Below are positions 60,827 through 62,346 of a DNA stretch of 62,346 nt, one piece after another. Positions within the stretch are counted from its first letter, which is position 1. Each line of letters opens with the position of its first letter. The DNA comes from Clostridium sp. CAG:413 (GTDB lineage: Bacteria; Bacillota; Clostridia; Oscillospirales; Oscillospiraceae). The notes beneath the pieces were generated by a model that did no database searches, had not been told where the DNA came from, and saw only the letters and a list, made by a program, of their open reading frames with translations. Made by a program: the position numbers and the translations under genes. The stretch lies in contig CAVJNL010000001.1 in the NCBI GenBank assembly GCA_963650985.1, positions 1 to 62,346 on the forward strand, given 5' to 3'.

Positions 60827-61483
60827 TTATAAGCCGACGATCCGGCAAAATAAATCAAAAATCCAACTGATAGCCTGGGAAAGCGCGCTGCTCCCCACAT
60901 CGAAAAACACCAATGCGAAAAGTACCAGCATCCCATACCGCTCATAGCGCATAAGCTGGTCATAGGCCCGGTCCGGCAGCACCGCAAACAGCACCTTGGA
61001 CCCGTCCAGCGGCGGGATAGGCACCAGGTTGAAAAGCCCCAACCCAATAGAGAGGATGGCCACCATCAGCAGAAAATCCAATATCCGCTGGTTCATCTCC
61101 GTGTAAGATGCCACATCACAGAAGATGCGGGCCCCCAGCAGCATGATAAGCGCCAACAGGAAGTTGCTCACCGGCCCCGCCAGCGCCGTAAGCGCCATGC
61201 CCTGCTTGGGTTTCTTGAAGTAGTTGGGGTTCACCGGCACGGGCTTGGCCCAGCCGAACCCCGCCAAGAACATCATCAGCAGACCGAACCAGTCGATGTG
61301 CCGCAGGGGGTTCAGGCTCAGCCTATGCGCCCGCCGTGCCGTGGGATCGCCTAGAGCGTAGGCCGCCAAGCCGTGGCAGGTCTCATGCACCGTCAGGCAC
61401 AGCAGCACCGCCGCCAGCCGCAGCAGCATATCCCACAGCGACCCGAAGTCCAGCGCCGCCCATAAATTGCTCAAATACTGCAA
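60827..61483 (-). CDS. Site-2 (M50) zinc metalloprotease
   Basis: HETCH (HExxH), AGPVSN, FNLVPIPPLDG. Confidence 0.93.
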   Translation of the reverse strand: MQYLSNLWAALDFGSLWDMLLRLAAVLLCLTVHETCHGLAAYALGDPTARRAHRLSLNPLRHIDWFGLLMMFLAGFGWAKPVPVNPNYFKKPKQGMALTALAGPVSNFLLALIMLLGARIFCDVASYTEMNQRILDFLLMVAILSIGLGLFNLVPIPPLDGSKVLFAVLPDRAYDQLMRYERYGMLVLFALVFFDVGSSALSQAISWIFDLFCRIVGL

Positions 61484-61515
61484 GCCAACACTCCCCCATC
61501 TTCATATAGGAAATT

Positions 61516-61544
61516 ATTATACCAAAAAAAGCCCCCCATTTCAA
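61516..61544 (-). promoter_or_regulatory. SigA-type promoter of the S2P-scpAB operon
   Basis: TTGAAA-17-TATAAT with TG extension. Confidence 0.72.
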
Positions 61545-61666
61545 GTGTAAACCGCCGCCCACGCACTTCGTTACAATTCTGTATCAATTTCCCAAAAATG
61601 TAACGCTTTTGTATCCGAAAATGTGTCAAATTGTCGCCTTTGTGTAAGGAATCCCATCATTTTCTC

Positions 61667-61675
61667 TGCTATAAT
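61667..61675 (+). promoter_or_regulatory. Extended -10 element facing the two small ORFs
   Basis: TGCTATAAT; no clear -35. Confidence 0.5.
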
Positions 61676-61700
61676 AGTATCATCAGATAGGTAACAGTGA

Positions 61701-61858
61701 GGCTGTCGATAAAGTGGTATATTTGCGATAATGGTAAGGAAGGGTGTGTGAGGGAAACCCAAGAAGGGTGTCCCTCACCATTGAAATCAATAGTTTTTGA
61801 AACTTTTTCAAAGTTTCAAAAACTTACTCAGCGGGGCGAAAAGACTTTTTCGACACGC
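61701..61858. mobile_element. 158-bp MITE with imperfect terminal inverted repeats
   Basis: Left GGCTGTCGATAAAGT vs reverse complement of right GCGTGTCGAAAAAGT (12/15); TGA flanks both ends; internal hairpins at 61748-61778 and 61792-61824 (perfect 15-bp stem). Confidence 0.7.
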
Positions 61859-61874
61859 TGAGTAAGTGCTCTCT

Positions 61875-62027
61875 ATGTCACAGGCCGAGCTGGATGATCT
61901 GTTTCGCACCCTCAAGCAAATGAACGAATCTCTCATCCGCATCGCCCGGGCCATAGAGACCCTCACCACCCGCCGAATGCATAAGCCAACGAAAATGATA
62001 ATAAATAATAGGAGGAATGTAGCATGA
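61875..62027 (+). CDS. Possible 50-aa small protein
   Basis: MSQAELDDLFRTLKQMNESLIRIARAIETLTTRR..; stop overlaps the next ATG (ATGA); SD weak. Confidence 0.45.
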   Translation: MSQAELDDLFRTLKQMNESLIRIARAIETLTTRRMHKPTKMIINNRRNVA

Positions 62028-62227
62028 AACAGATGAAAACCATCCTTAACCTGATCGTATTGCTGACGGCGATCTGCTTCGCTCTGGCTGTCGTTGCCTT
62101 CTTCCTGCCCCACGGCGTGGGAACGGTGTGCGCCATCGGCACCGTAGCCCTGGCAGCCCTGGTCCTGCTTCTCTGCCTGGCCTATGGCATCCTCTACTTC
62201 AGCCAAAACCGCAGCACCGCCGCATAA
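62024..62227 (+). CDS. Small two-TM membrane protein, 67 aa
   Basis: SD AGGAGG, two hydrophobic stretches, host-like codon use. Confidence 0.8.
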   Translation: MKQMKTILNLIVLLTAICFALAVVAFFLPHGVGTVCAIGTVALAALVLLLCLAYGILYFSQNRSTAA

Positions 62228-62291
62228 GAAAAGTAATAATAAAAGTGTAAAACCGCCGCTGTCTCACCTGCTGCGTTCAGTCTGTCAAAGA

Positions 62292-62328
62292 CCCCCCGCT
62301 TTCGCTGCGTGAAAGCGGGGGATTTCTT
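62292..62328 (+). terminator. Hairpin, probable terminator after the small membrane protein gene
   Basis: CCCCCGCTTTC-GCTGCGT-GAAAGCGGGGG-ATTTCTT. Confidence 0.55.
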
Positions 62329-62346
62329 GCAGTTCGGGGAAAAACA

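Noticed and set aside
61522..61538. A7/C6 homopolymers in a promoter spacer as a phase-variation switch
   Set aside because: Runs are short and the operon is housekeeping; no supporting evidence.
61571..62206. Minus-strand ORFs 61571-61762 and 61808-62206
   Set aside because: They span a MITE boundary, promoter DNA or the antisense of better-supported plus-strand ORFs.

Overview
GC-rich chromosomal segment of a spore-forming anaerobic Firmicute, most consistent with Oscillospiraceae (Oscillibacter-like; inferred from gene content and style, not from a search). It is mostly core genome: yebC-nif3-trmK, sigH, glmM, ruvCAB, queH, cca, murC, dnaG-rpoD, PFOR and butyryl-CoA:acetate CoA-transferase, ligA, murD, RNase P RNA, a polar amino-acid ABC transporter, the cdaA-cdaR...yicC-remA-gmk-rpoZ-priA-def-fmt-rsmB-rlmN-stp-pknB-rsgA run, and the S2P-scpA-scpB-ytfI-ytfJ-dacB-rluB-rpiR-HI0933-cmk-plsC-ispH/rpsA run, interleaved with sporulation genes. 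I saw no CRISPR, prophage, tRNA, rRNA or intact transposase. Most notable observations: (1) an apparent internal promoter and strong internal ribosome-binding site in the ispH-rpsA fusion that would give a stand-alone S1; (2) a DUF5685 protein with terpenoid-synthase-like Asp motifs, coupled to a J-domain/TPR protein and RseC behind the c-di-AMP cyclase genes; (3) a divergent FrhB-like Fe-S protein translationally coupled to queH; (4) a 24-aa SpoVM and a 50-aa membrane peptide, both below the ORF-track cutoff, upstream of sipL; (5) three small non-autonomous IS-derived elements; (6) a probably leaderless sigH mRNA. All family calls are by motif recognition by eye.
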